64,000 nucleotides of DNA from an uncultured Actinomycetes bacterium (GTDB lineage: Bacteria > Actinomycetota > Acidimicrobiia > Acidimicrobiales > RAAP-2): assembly GCA_963773635.1 (NCBI GenBank), contig CAVZBW010000007.1, positions 964 to 64,963 of the forward strand, read 5' to 3'. Position numbers and translations under genes: made by a program. Each line of letters starts with the position of its first letter. Positions within the stretch are counted from its first letter, which is position 1. The notes under the pieces are model-generated. The model did not search any database. It was not told the DNA's origin and saw only the letters and a program-made list of their open reading frames with translations. Below are positions 25,848 to 34,579 of the stretch, in pieces.

Positions 25848-27380
25848 TCACCTTTCCGGTGGGGGGCGCAGCGGTGCGCCGGCCACGTCGCAGGACATGG
25901 TGGGCGGGCACACGATCGCGGGTGCTCCCTCCGTGTCGGGTCCGGCCGGCGCGGCTCCCTCTCCGCCGGGCTCGAGCAGGTCGGAGCGGATCGTGATCCA
26001 GGCGACGATCCCTCCGACGGCCGAGACACCCGCCGAGACGGCCATGGCCGTGTGGAAGCCCGTCGTCATCGCTGAGGGGTCATAGAAGCGGCTGCCGGTC
26101 AGGCCGGCGACGAGGGGAAGGATCGCCACGGCAAGCAAGCCTCCGACCCTCGAGACGGCGTTGTTGACACCCGAGGCGATACCGGCGCGACGGGGTCCGG
26201 CCGCGGCGAGGACGGTGGCCGTCACCGGTGCGACCACCATGGTGAGCCCCAAACCGAAGACGACCACCGCGGGGAACACGCTCTCGAGGTACGAGTCGCC
26301 CGGCTCGATGCGGGTCATGAGCGCGAGCCCGGCCGCGATCACGAGCGGACCGACGGTGAGGGGGATTCTCGGCCCGATCCGCTGGGCGAGGGCGCCGGAG
26401 CGGGCCGAGAGGAGGAGCATCAGGAAGGTGACCGGCAGGGAGGCCGCACCGGCCTCGATCGGCGAGTAGCCGAGCGAGATCTGGAGGAAGGCGACGAGGA
26501 GGAAGAAGAAGCCCCCCAGCGCCGTGTAGACCACGAAGGTGACGGCGTTGGCCGCGCTGAACTGGCGCGAGGCGAAGATGCCGAGGGGCAGCATCGGGTG
26601 CTCGGATCGTGCCTCGACCACGAAGAAGAGCACCAACGCCACGGCGCCCCCGATCCCGATGGCCAGGATGAGCCCCGAGATCCCCACGGTCGGGCCCTCG
26701 ATCAACGCGTAGGTCGTTCCGCCGAGGCCGAGGCCCGTGAGGACGGCGCCCTTCCAGTCGATGGCGTTACCGGCGACCGAGGCGTCGCGGGTCTCGGGGA
26801 CGTGGTAGCTGGCCATGACGATGACGAAGAGGCCCAACGGCAGGTTGATGAGGAAGATCGCCCGCCACGAGACGGCCTGGACCAGATAGCCGCCCAGGAG
26901 GGGACCGACCGCCGCGGCCACCCCGGTCAGGCCCGTCCAGGCCCCGATCGCCCGGCTCCGGTCGTCCTTCTGGAAGGTCGCCTCGATCATCGCCAGGCTG
27001 CCCGGCGTGAGGAGGGCGCCACCGACCCCCTGGAGGAGGCGGGCGACGATGAGGAACGGCGCGTCGGGGGCCACGGCGCACAGGAGCGAGGCGGCGGTGA
27101 ACACCGCCGCCCCGTAGACGAAGATGCGGCGCCTCCCGAAGCGGTCGCCGAGTGACCCGCCGAGCAGGATCAGCGAGGCGAGGGTGAGGAGGTACCCGTT
27201 GAGCACCCACTGGAGGGCGCTGGTCGACGCACCGAGGCCGCGCCCGATGTCGGGCAGGGCGACGTTGACCACGGTGCTGTCGAGGAAGACCATCGCCGAG
27301 CCGGCAACGGCAATCGCCAGCACGCAGCGACCAGTGGCACTGGCCAGAGCGACTTGTCTGCCATTGGACATCGTGACCAC
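25848..27380 (-). CDS. MFS transporter, DHA2 (EmrB/QacA, 14-TMS) type
   Basis: 510 aa, highly hydrophobic. LDSTVVNVALP, GSLGDRFGRRR and the GP motif in TM5 are typical of DHA2. Confidence 0.85.
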   Translation of the reverse strand: MVTMSNGRQVALASATGRCVLAIAVAGSAMVFLDSTVVNVALPDIGRGLGASTSALQWVLNGYLLTLASLILLGGSLGDRFGRRRIFVYGAAVFTAASLLCAVAPDAPFLIVARLLQGVGGALLTPGSLAMIEATFQKDDRSRAIGAWTGLTGVAAAVGPLLGGYLVQAVSWRAIFLINLPLGLFVIVMASYHVPETRDASVAGNAIDWKGAVLTGLGLGGTTYALIEGPTVGISGLILAIGIGGAVALVLFFVVEARSEHPMLPLGIFASRQFSAANAVTFVVYTALGGFFFLLVAFLQISLGYSPIEAGAASLPVTFLMLLLSARSGALAQRIGPRIPLTVGPLVIAAGLALMTRIEPGDSYLESVFPAVVVFGLGLTMVVAPVTATVLAAAGPRRAGIASGVNNAVSRVGGLLAVAILPLVAGLTGSRFYDPSAMTTGFHTAMAVSAGVSAVGGIVAWITIRSDLLEPGGEGAAPAGPDTEGAPAIVCPPTMSCDVAGAPLRPPPER

Positions 27381-27401
27381 CCGGTCGACGCTGGCCCCAC
27401 G

Positions 27402-27890
27402 CTAGACACCTCTCGACCGTGGCCGCTCGGGGATCCCGCTGTCGTCGCGACCGGGCCCGGCAACGGCCCGGACGTCTCGCGGGCCGAGCGGCTCGCCGCA
27501 GGAGGAACAGACCAGCCTGGCGTCCGAGACGTGGCCGCATGCCTTGTGGACGACCTGCAGGGGAGGCCCGTCGGGCGCGGCGTGGCGATCACCCCATTGG
27601 CGCATGGCGGTGATGACCGGCCACAGGTCGCGCCCCTTGTCGGTGAGACGGTAGTCGTAGCGCGGCGGATGCTCCGAGTAGGGGACCCGCACGAGCACGC
27701 CGGCGTCGACGAGGCGGGCGAGGCGCTGCTGGAGGATGTTGCGGGAGATGCCGAGCCGAGCCTGAAACTGATCGAAGCGTGACACGCCGAGCAAGGCGTC
27801 GCGGATGATGAGCATGCTCCACCATTCGCCCACCACCTCGAGGCATTGTGCGACCGAGCAGTCCATCTGGGCGAAGCTCTTGCGTTCCAC
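27402..27890 (-). CDS. HxlR-family (winged-helix) transcriptional regulator with a Cys/His-rich C-terminal extension
   Basis: SFAQMDCSVAQCLEVVGEWWSMLIIRD ... YRLTDKGRDL. C-terminal HKACGH...LVCSSCGE. Start is GTG 27890 or ATG 27866. Confidence 0.8.
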   Translation of the reverse strand: MERKSFAQMDCSVAQCLEVVGEWWSMLIIRDALLGVSRFDQFQARLGISRNILQQRLARLVDAGVLVRVPYSEHPPRYDYRLTDKGRDLWPVITAMRQWGDRHAAPDGPPLQVVHKACGHVSDARLVCSSCGEPLGPRDVRAVAGPGRDDSGIPERPRSRGV

Positions 27891-28136
27891 GCGGTACGAG
27901 GTTAGTGGGTTGCATGACGCTACGCCACGAGCCCGCGACGCAGGGCCGCCATCGCTTCGGATTGGTCCTGGAAGTCGGGAAATTGGGACCCACCCGGGTA
28001 CCTGCAGGTGAACTGCGTGCTCGTCATTGACGCCGGCAGGAGCTCGACCAAGCGAGGGTGGGTCGAGCCCTGCCGACCGCGGCCGACCAGATCCGGGCAA
28101 GGATCCTTCAGGCAGCCCGGGTATAGGTTGCACCGC

Positions 28137-29516
28137 ATGGCTTTCGATCAGCCGGCGGGCTCCTACGACGTCCTGATTCTCGGAGGCGGCCCGGCGGCCA
28201 CGCACTGTGCCGGGTTCCTGGCTGACGCCGGCCGGCACGTCGCCATCGTCGAGGACGAATTGTTGGGCGGCGAATGCGACTATTACGCGTGCATTCCGTC
28301 CAAGACGCTGCTTCGACCGGGTGAGGCGCTGGCAGCGGCCCTCGACGCTCCCGGCGCGAGCGAGCGGGTCACCGACGGACCGATCGCCCCCGGCGGTCTC
28401 TTCGCGTGGCGGGACTTCATGGTCAACGGCTACGACGACGGGCACGAGGTCGCCTGGGCCGAGTCCAAGGGGGTCGAGATCATCCGGGGCCACGGTCGCC
28501 TCGCCGGTCCGGGCGTCGTCGACGTGGAGGGACGCCGGCTCGCCGCGCCCGACATCATCGTGGCAACCGGATCCTCTCCGAGCCTGCCGCCCGTGCCGGG
28601 ACTCGAAGACCTGGTCGGACTCTGGAGCAACCGTGAGGCGACCGGAGCGATCGACGTACCCGAGCGGCTGCTCGTCATGGGCGGTGGGCCGGTGGGTGTG
28701 GAGCTCGCCCAGGTGTTCCGTTCGCTCGGCTCAGCGGTGGTCGTGGTCGAGAGCCAGGATCGCCTGTTGCCCCGCTCGCCGCGGGCCCTCGGAGAGGGCC
28801 TGGGCACGGCGTTCGAGGCCGATGGCATCGAGCTGCATCTCGGGGCGCTGGTCACCGCGGCGAAGCGCGACGGCGACGACTACGTCCTGTCCCTCGGCAC
28901 CGCAGGCGATGTCCGGGGAGACCGGTTGCTCGTGGCGACGGGCCGGCGACCCCGGGTCCGGGACATCGGCCTCGAGACGGTGGGGCTCGACCCGGAGGCG
29001 CGACAGCTCGACGTCGACGCCTCGATGCGTGCGGCCGAGGGGCTCTGGGCCATCGGAGACGCCACCGGCATCTGGCTCCTCACGTACGTCGGCAAGTACC
29101 AGGGCCGGGTGGCGGCCGCGAACATCCTGGGCGAGCCGACCGTGGCCGACTACTCCGCCGTCCCCACCGTGATCTTCACCCATCCCCAGGCGGCGGCGGT
29201 CGGCGAGGCCGAGGGTGCGTTCAGCGCGACCGTTCCCCTCGCCTCGGTGCCGCGGACGTCCACCTACAGGCGCCACTACGAGGATCGCCCGGACTTTCTC
29301 ACGCTGGTCTCCGACGGTCACCGCGTGACGGGCGCCTTTGCGCTCGGGCCGGAAGCCGGGGAGTGGATGCAGCAGGCCACGCTGGCGATCCGCGCCAAGG
29401 TGCCCCTCGAGCTCTTCTTGGACACCATCCAGCCGTTCCCGTCCTTCTCCGAGGTCTTTTTGACCGCCCTCCTCGAGCTCCGGTCCAAGGCGCGAGGGTC
29501 CCCGGTCGGAATCTGA
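28137..29516 (+). CDS. FAD-dependent pyridine nucleotide-disulfide oxidoreductase (class I, redox-active CxxxxC)
   Basis: YDVLILGGGPAA (FAD GxGxxG), GGECDYYACIPSK (redox disulfide), second Rossmann LLVMGGGPVGVE. ATG at 28137. Confidence 0.85.
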   Translation: MAFDQPAGSYDVLILGGGPAATHCAGFLADAGRHVAIVEDELLGGECDYYACIPSKTLLRPGEALAAALDAPGASERVTDGPIAPGGLFAWRDFMVNGYDDGHEVAWAESKGVEIIRGHGRLAGPGVVDVEGRRLAAPDIIVATGSSPSLPPVPGLEDLVGLWSNREATGAIDVPERLLVMGGGPVGVELAQVFRSLGSAVVVVESQDRLLPRSPRALGEGLGTAFEADGIELHLGALVTAAKRDGDDYVLSLGTAGDVRGDRLLVATGRRPRVRDIGLETVGLDPEARQLDVDASMRAAEGLWAIGDATGIWLLTYVGKYQGRVAAANILGEPTVADYSAVPTVIFTHPQAAAVGEAEGAFSATVPLASVPRTSTYRRHYEDRPDFLTLVSDGHRVTGAFALGPEAGEWMQQATLAIRAKVPLELFLDTIQPFPSFSEVFLTALLELRSKARGSPVGI

Positions 29517-29532
29517 GCGTGACGGACGCGCC

Positions 29533-30216
29533 TCAGGGTGCGTTGGAGAGCGAGCCGATCCCGAGGCCGGAGCCCGTAGAGGGTTGCGGGACCTGGGCCA
29601 TGGGGTTGGGCCTCGGGGGGGCGATCCGCACGAGCGCATTGCGGTCGCGGTGGGAGAAGGGCTCGTCGGTGCCCTTGACCTGCAACATGGTGATCTCGTC
29701 GTAGGACCAGGCGTCGGGTCCCTGGATGGTCACGGTGGTCGTGAACGAGAGGGTGCGAAAGGCGTCCAGGAGGAAGGGATTGGAGCAGATCCCGAAGGTG
29801 TCGAGTCCCTCCCTGGCGGACAGCTCCAAGGTGGTGGCGTCGGGGTCGGCCGAGCCGGAGGCCAGCGCCACCTGCCCACGAGGGATGGCGATGGTCAGGA
29901 AGACCGTGTGCGTGGCCGGCTCCCAGAGCCAGTACCCGACCTGGTCGTGAAACGTCTCGGTCTCGCCCGGCTTGACGATGTGGCGCAGGTAGCGGAGTCC
30001 GTAGAGAAGTTGGGGACCGTTGGTCTGCGGATCGATGGGCTGGAGGTCGTAGTGCTCGACGAAGGAGTCGACCCCGACTCCCTCCTTGACGGGATGCTCG
30101 TCGGTGCCGGCCGCCCCTTCCCAGGTGCCCGCCAAGGGTCCGAGCGGGCCGAGGTTGGAGAGCGTGTCCGGATCGGCGTCGGGTTCGGTGAAGACGTCGG
30201 CCACCTCTGCGGTCAT
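29533..30216 (-). CDS. nitrobindin / THAP4-type heme-binding beta-barrel-like protein
   Basis: LGPLAGTWEG motif and GYWLWEP block resemble the DUF1794/heme-binding beta-barrel family. Assignment is by recollection only. Confidence 0.5.
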   Translation of the reverse strand: MTAEVADVFTEPDADPDTLSNLGPLGPLAGTWEGAAGTDEHPVKEGVGVDSFVEHYDLQPIDPQTNGPQLLYGLRYLRHIVKPGETETFHDQVGYWLWEPATHTVFLTIAIPRGQVALASGSADPDATTLELSAREGLDTFGICSNPFLLDAFRTLSFTTTVTIQGPDAWSYDEITMLQVKGTDEPFSHRDRNALVRIAPPRPNPMAQVPQPSTGSGLGIGSLSNAP

Positions 30217-30238
30217 GTCGGCAACCTACTCTGTGCGC

Positions 30239-31849
30239 ATGGATGCACAACAGATCGCGAAGTTCCAGCTCGAAGGCCAGGACATCCCCTGGTTGCTGGC
30301 CCACTGGGCGACCGTTCAGCCGGACAAGACGCTGCTCGTCTGGGAGCCGCGCTCGGGCGCCCCGCAACGCTGGACCTACGCCGAGTTTTGGGCCTCGGTC
30401 CGCAGCCTTGCCGCAGGGCTGGCGCGCCGGGGAGTGGTGGCGGGGGACAAGGTGCTCATCCACTCCGACAACTGCCCCGAGATGGTCCTCGCGTGGTACG
30501 CGTGTGCGACCCTCGGCGCGGTCGGCGTCACCACGAACACCCGCAGCGTCGAGGACGAGATCCGGTTCTTCGTCGAGAAGACGGGTTGCGTCGGGGCCAT
30601 CACCCAGCCCCAGTACGCCGTTGTGGTGTCCTCGGCGGTGCCCGATCTCGGTTGGGTGATCGTCACCGAGGACAACGGAGGGGAGGCGGCCCCGCCCGAG
30701 GAGCTCGTGCACGGGCATGACGACTTCGCCTCACTGTACGCAGACGCCGATGAGCTGCCTGATCGTGCACCAGATCCACTGGCGCCGGCGGGCATCATGT
30801 TCACCTCGGGGACCACGTCGCGGCCGAAGGCGGTCGTGCACACCCACGCCAACGCGCTCTGGGCGGCCCGCAGCGGTCCCGCGAACATCTCGATGGGGCC
30901 CGACGACACGTATCTCGTGTACCTGCCGTTCTTCCACGTGAACGCCCAGAGCTGGTCCTTCTGGACGACCCTCGGCGTCGGCGGCACGATCGTGTTGCAG
31001 CCCAAGTTCTCGTCGTCTCGGTTTTGGGATGTGGTCACGGCCAACCGCGTGACCCATATCTCGCTGATTCCGTTCGTCTTCAAGGCGCTGGCCGGGAAGC
31101 CCATCCCGGAGAACTCGCTCAAGGTGGGCGTCTTCGGCCTGATCATGCCCGAGCTCGAGGCCTGGCTCGGTTTCGAGGTGCTGCCGGCCTGGGGCATGAC
31201 CGAGACGGTGATCCATGCGACCAGCCAGAGCCCGTGGGGGAACGACGCGGGGTCCATGGGTCGCCCCACCCCCGGCTACGAGTTTCTCATCGTCGACCAG
31301 GAGAGCGGCCGTCTCTGCGACGAGGGCCAGCCCGGAGAGCTGTGGGTCCGCGGGACCCGAGGCATCCAGCTGTTCCTCGAGTACTACGACAACCCGGGGG
31401 CCATGGCCGACAGCTTCACCGAGGAAGGGTGGTTCAAGACCGGTGACGTCGTGCGGATCGGCGAGGGCGGTGGCTTCTTCTTTTGCGAGCGGGACAAGGA
31501 CCTCATCAAGGTCGGCGGCGAAAACGTGTCGGCGCGCGAGGTCGAGGACGTCATCCGCCAGGTGCCCGGCCTGAGCGACGTGGCGGTGGTGAGCCGCTCC
31601 CACGAGATGCTCGACGTGGTGCCCGTCGCCTTCGTGATCGTGACCGAAGGTCAGGCGGTCGACGAGCCCGAGCTCGAGGCTGCGATCATCGAGGTGTGCT
31701 CGAGCAAGCTCGCCGACTTCAAGGTGCCGAGATCCGTGCACGTGGTCGACGAATTTCCCCGGGCCACCCTCGACAAGGTCGCCAAGAACAAGCTGCGCGA
31801 GCTCGCCGAGACCCTGGCTCCCCGGGAGCCCGCGGATCGCGCACTATGA
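30239..31849 (+). CDS. AMP-dependent synthetase/ligase (CaiC/FadD-like acyl-CoA ligase)
   Basis: ATG at 30239. FTSGTTSRPKAV (AMP motif I), GWFKTGD and KVGGENV. Confidence 0.85.
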   Translation: MDAQQIAKFQLEGQDIPWLLAHWATVQPDKTLLVWEPRSGAPQRWTYAEFWASVRSLAAGLARRGVVAGDKVLIHSDNCPEMVLAWYACATLGAVGVTTNTRSVEDEIRFFVEKTGCVGAITQPQYAVVVSSAVPDLGWVIVTEDNGGEAAPPEELVHGHDDFASLYADADELPDRAPDPLAPAGIMFTSGTTSRPKAVVHTHANALWAARSGPANISMGPDDTYLVYLPFFHVNAQSWSFWTTLGVGGTIVLQPKFSSSRFWDVVTANRVTHISLIPFVFKALAGKPIPENSLKVGVFGLIMPELEAWLGFEVLPAWGMTETVIHATSQSPWGNDAGSMGRPTPGYEFLIVDQESGRLCDEGQPGELWVRGTRGIQLFLEYYDNPGAMADSFTEEGWFKTGDVVRIGEGGGFFFCERDKDLIKVGGENVSAREVEDVIRQVPGLSDVAVVSRSHEMLDVVPVAFVIVTEGQAVDEPELEAAIIEVCSSKLADFKVPRSVHVVDEFPRATLDKVAKNKLRELAETLAPREPADRAL

Positions 31850-31888
31850 GCGGCGCGGGAGGAGGTGCTTCGGCACCCAATGGCTACA

Positions 31889-31910
31889 CGAAGGTAAACG
31901 TCTGGTGAAC
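31889..31910 (-). promoter_or_regulatory. PHO-box-like pair of 11-nt direct repeats (GTTCACCAGAC GTTTACCTTCG on the minus strand)
   Basis: Matches 8/11 and 9/11 positions of the Streptomyces PhoP repeat unit G(G/T)TCAYYYR(G/C)G. It sits 94 nt upstream of the phosphate transporter start. Confidence 0.3.
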
Positions 31911-32003
31911 AAAAGGGGAAGGCCGATCACGGAGGGTTTCCTGGCCGCGATCCAGGACTTTCCTCGATTGCTTTGCCCCTAGCACTTTGCTAGAAGAAAC
32001 TCC

Positions 32004-33152
32004 GTGGACTCGAACACCGTCGTCCTGGTACTCGTGGTCGTTACCGGATTAGCTTTCGACTTCACCAACGGCTTTCACGACTCGGCCAACACGATGGCCA
32101 CTTCGATTGCGACCGGAGCGCTCAAGCCCCGGCTCGCCGTGGGACTGTCCGCGGTGCTCAACCTGGCGGGCGCCTTCCTCTCGCTCTCGGTGGCGGCCAC
32201 CATCGCCAAGGGCATCGTCGACCAAAACCAGGCGACCCTCGCCGTGGTCTTTGCCGGGCTGGCCGGCGGCATCGCCTGGAACGTCGCGACGTGGTACCTC
32301 GGCATGCCCTCGAGCTCGTCGCATGCGCTGATCGGCGGGGTGGTGGGCGCGATGCTGGTCCACGCCGGCGGGAGCGCGGTCATCTGGTCCGGCATCGCCT
32401 CCAAGGTGGTCATCCCGGCCGTCTTCGCCCCGATCATCGCCATGGCCGTCGCGGCGGCCGGCACGTGGATGGCGTACCGCATCACGCAACGGATGAAAGA
32501 GGGCGTCAAACGCAGCGGCTACCGGGTGGGCCAGATCGGGTCCGCCTGCTTGGTCTCGCTGGCGCACGGCACCAACGACGCCCAAAAGACGATGGGCATC
32601 CTGACCCTGGCCCTGGTGGCCAATGGCACCATCTCCGGGACAGCCTCGACCCCGGACTGGGTCATCGCCGCCTGCGGAATCTCCATCGCGGCCGGCACCT
32701 ACTTTGGCGGGTGGCGCATCATCCGGACCCTGGGCAAGGGACTTATCGAGATCGACACCCCGCAGGGCTTCGCCGCCGAGGCCTCGTCCACGGCGGTCAT
32801 CCTCTCGTCCACCCACTTCGGCATCCCCCTCTCGACCACCCAGGTGTGCTCGGGCTCGGTCGTCGGCGCGGGACTGGGGCGGGGCGAGCCGGTCCGTTGG
32901 AACGTGTTCGGCCGGATGGTGCTGACCTGGGGGGTCACGCTCCCGGCGGCGGGGCTCGTCGGTGCGGCCTTCTTCGCCGGGGAAAACGCCATCGGCGGCA
33001 CGCTCGGGACCTTCATCCTCTTCTTCGCACTCGCCCTGTACTGCGGCGGCATCTACCTGCTGTCGCGGCGGACGCCGGTCAACCCGGACAACGTCAACGC
33101 AGAGTGGACGGAGGGCGGGGGCCGCTCGCACGAGCCCGCCGTGGCGGCGTAG
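32004..33152 (+). CDS. pit: inorganic phosphate transporter, PiT family
   Basis: FDFTNGFHDSANTMATSI and HGTNDAQKTMGI, the duplicated PiT signature. Confidence 0.9.
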   Translation: MDSNTVVLVLVVVTGLAFDFTNGFHDSANTMATSIATGALKPRLAVGLSAVLNLAGAFLSLSVAATIAKGIVDQNQATLAVVFAGLAGGIAWNVATWYLGMPSSSSHALIGGVVGAMLVHAGGSAVIWSGIASKVVIPAVFAPIIAMAVAAAGTWMAYRITQRMKEGVKRSGYRVGQIGSACLVSLAHGTNDAQKTMGILTLALVANGTISGTASTPDWVIAACGISIAAGTYFGGWRIIRTLGKGLIEIDTPQGFAAEASSTAVILSSTHFGIPLSTTQVCSGSVVGAGLGRGEPVRWNVFGRMVLTWGVTLPAAGLVGAAFFAGENAIGGTLGTFILFFALALYCGGIYLLSRRTPVNPDNVNAEWTEGGGRSHEPAVAA

Positions 33153-33206
33153 GGCGATGGAGCTCGCCACGCCGGCCGTGCGGCCAGGGAACGGAGGGTA
33201 GGCAAG

Positions 33207-33455
33207 ATGCTGCTGGCGTCGTCGCAGTACGTCGACTGGTCCGCGATGGGGGAGATTCTCGGCATCGGTCTGCTGGCCGGTGCCGGTTTGGTCGCCGTCT
33301 TCTCGGTTGGGCTCGTCTTCCTGTCGCACTCGGGCTTCGAGGCGGGTACGGGCACGGTCCGCCGCAACCCGTTCGTCCTCGCCGCTTCGGTCATCTGCTT
33401 CCTCATCGTCGTCGGGGGGGTGGCGTATGGGATCGACGTCATGCTGGCCAAGTAG
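33207..33455 (+). CDS. small membrane protein (82 aa, two predicted TM helices)
   Basis: GGAGGG RBS 10 nt upstream. Hydrophobic segments ILGIGLLAGAGLVAVFSVGLVFL and FVLAASVICFLIVVGGVAYGI. High GC3. Confidence 0.5.
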   Translation: MLLASSQYVDWSAMGEILGIGLLAGAGLVAVFSVGLVFLSHSGFEAGTGTVRRNPFVLAASVICFLIVVGGVAYGIDVMLAK

Positions 33456-33482
33456 TCGCGCCTCCACGAGCCGGGACGACCC

Positions 33483-34040
33483 GTGTCCCCGGTAAGCCTG
33501 CGCAGCCTGCACAACCTTCTCGGTGAGGACGACGACGTCCTCACCGTATTGAGCCTCCTCCCCAAGAAGTCTCCCGAGGACGCCGGCGCCGGGGTCCTGG
33601 CGGCCCTCTCGCGGTTGAACGAGGGCGTCGACGAGGTTCCCCTGTACGAGGCCGCGGCCTGGCTCTACCTGGTGGCCGGGGAGGACGGCCGCATCCCCCA
33701 CAGCCTGAGCCTCGTCCGCTCGCCCGGAGGCCCGGCGGAGTTCATCGCCAACGAGGATTCTCCCGTCAAGGAGGTCGTCGAGCGGATGTACTCGATCGCC
33801 CATGACAACGCGGACGCACCGACGCGCATCAGCATCGTGACGACCGACGGGGACGAGGACGTCGAGGACCCTCCCGCAGGGAACGGCTCCGATGACGGCC
33901 GCTCGCGTGCCGGCGTCCTGCGCCGCTTCCTGGACGCGGTGCGTGGTCTGTTCAATGTCGCCGGCGAGGACGGGGAGCCCCTCACGGTGGTGAGCATCCT
34001 GGTGCGACGCGCGCCAAAGATCGGCGACGCGCCGGGCTGA
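33483..34040 (+). CDS. hypothetical acidic protein (185 aa)
   Basis: Strong GC3 bias across the whole ORF. I recognise no family. Confidence 0.5.
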   Translation: MSPVSLRSLHNLLGEDDDVLTVLSLLPKKSPEDAGAGVLAALSRLNEGVDEVPLYEAAAWLYLVAGEDGRIPHSLSLVRSPGGPAEFIANEDSPVKEVVERMYSIAHDNADAPTRISIVTTDGDEDVEDPPAGNGSDDGRSRAGVLRRFLDAVRGLFNVAGEDGEPLTVVSILVRRAPKIGDAPG

Positions 34041-34122
34041 CCGGATCGGGCACGGTGGCCCGGACCCGCGCGACGGGCGGCAACGCATCGAGACGAGGAC
34101 CGAGACCGAAGGAGCGGAGCTG

Positions 34123-34554
34123 GTGTTCCAAGTCCCCAAGCACATCACGGTCGGCGTCGACGGCTCCGAGCCGGCCCGCCTGGCCCTGGAATGGGCCGTC
34201 GGCGTGGCGGCGAGCACCGGGGCCAGCCTCAAGGTCCTCCACGCCGACAAGCCCTACGGCGAGGCCCGGCGCCTCGGCATGTACGAGCAGTTTGCCGAGC
34301 GGGCCCAGGAGATCCTGGACAAGGCCGTCCAAAAGGCCCGCGAGCTCGAGCCGGAGCTCAGGGTCGAGGGGGAGTTCCGAGAGGAGACCCCCGTCGACGC
34401 GTTGCTCGGGGCGAGCGGAAGCACGGACCTGCTGGTGCTCGGGTCCCGAGGTCTCGGCGGGTTCAAGGGCCTGCTGCTCGGCTCCGTGAGCATGCAGGTG
34501 GCCCAGCACGCCCGGTGCAACGTGACGATCGTCCGCCAACCCGGGGATTCCTAG
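34123..34554 (+). CDS. universal stress protein (UspA family)
   Basis: ITVGVDGSEPARLALEWAV ... LLVLGSRGLGGFKGLLLGSVS ... CNVTIV. Confidence 0.85.
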   Translation: MFQVPKHITVGVDGSEPARLALEWAVGVAASTGASLKVLHADKPYGEARRLGMYEQFAERAQEILDKAVQKARELEPELRVEGEFREETPVDALLGASGSTDLLVLGSRGLGGFKGLLLGSVSMQVAQHARCNVTIVRQPGDS

Positions 34555-34579
34555 CGAGGGCCGACCAGACGAGCTGGAG

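Noticed and set aside
32049-34250. 733-aa minus-strand ORF spanning pit, the small membrane ORF, the hypothetical gene and usp
   Set aside because: It is antisense to four plus-strand genes that have strong motifs or GC3 bias. Composition is shadow-ORF-like.
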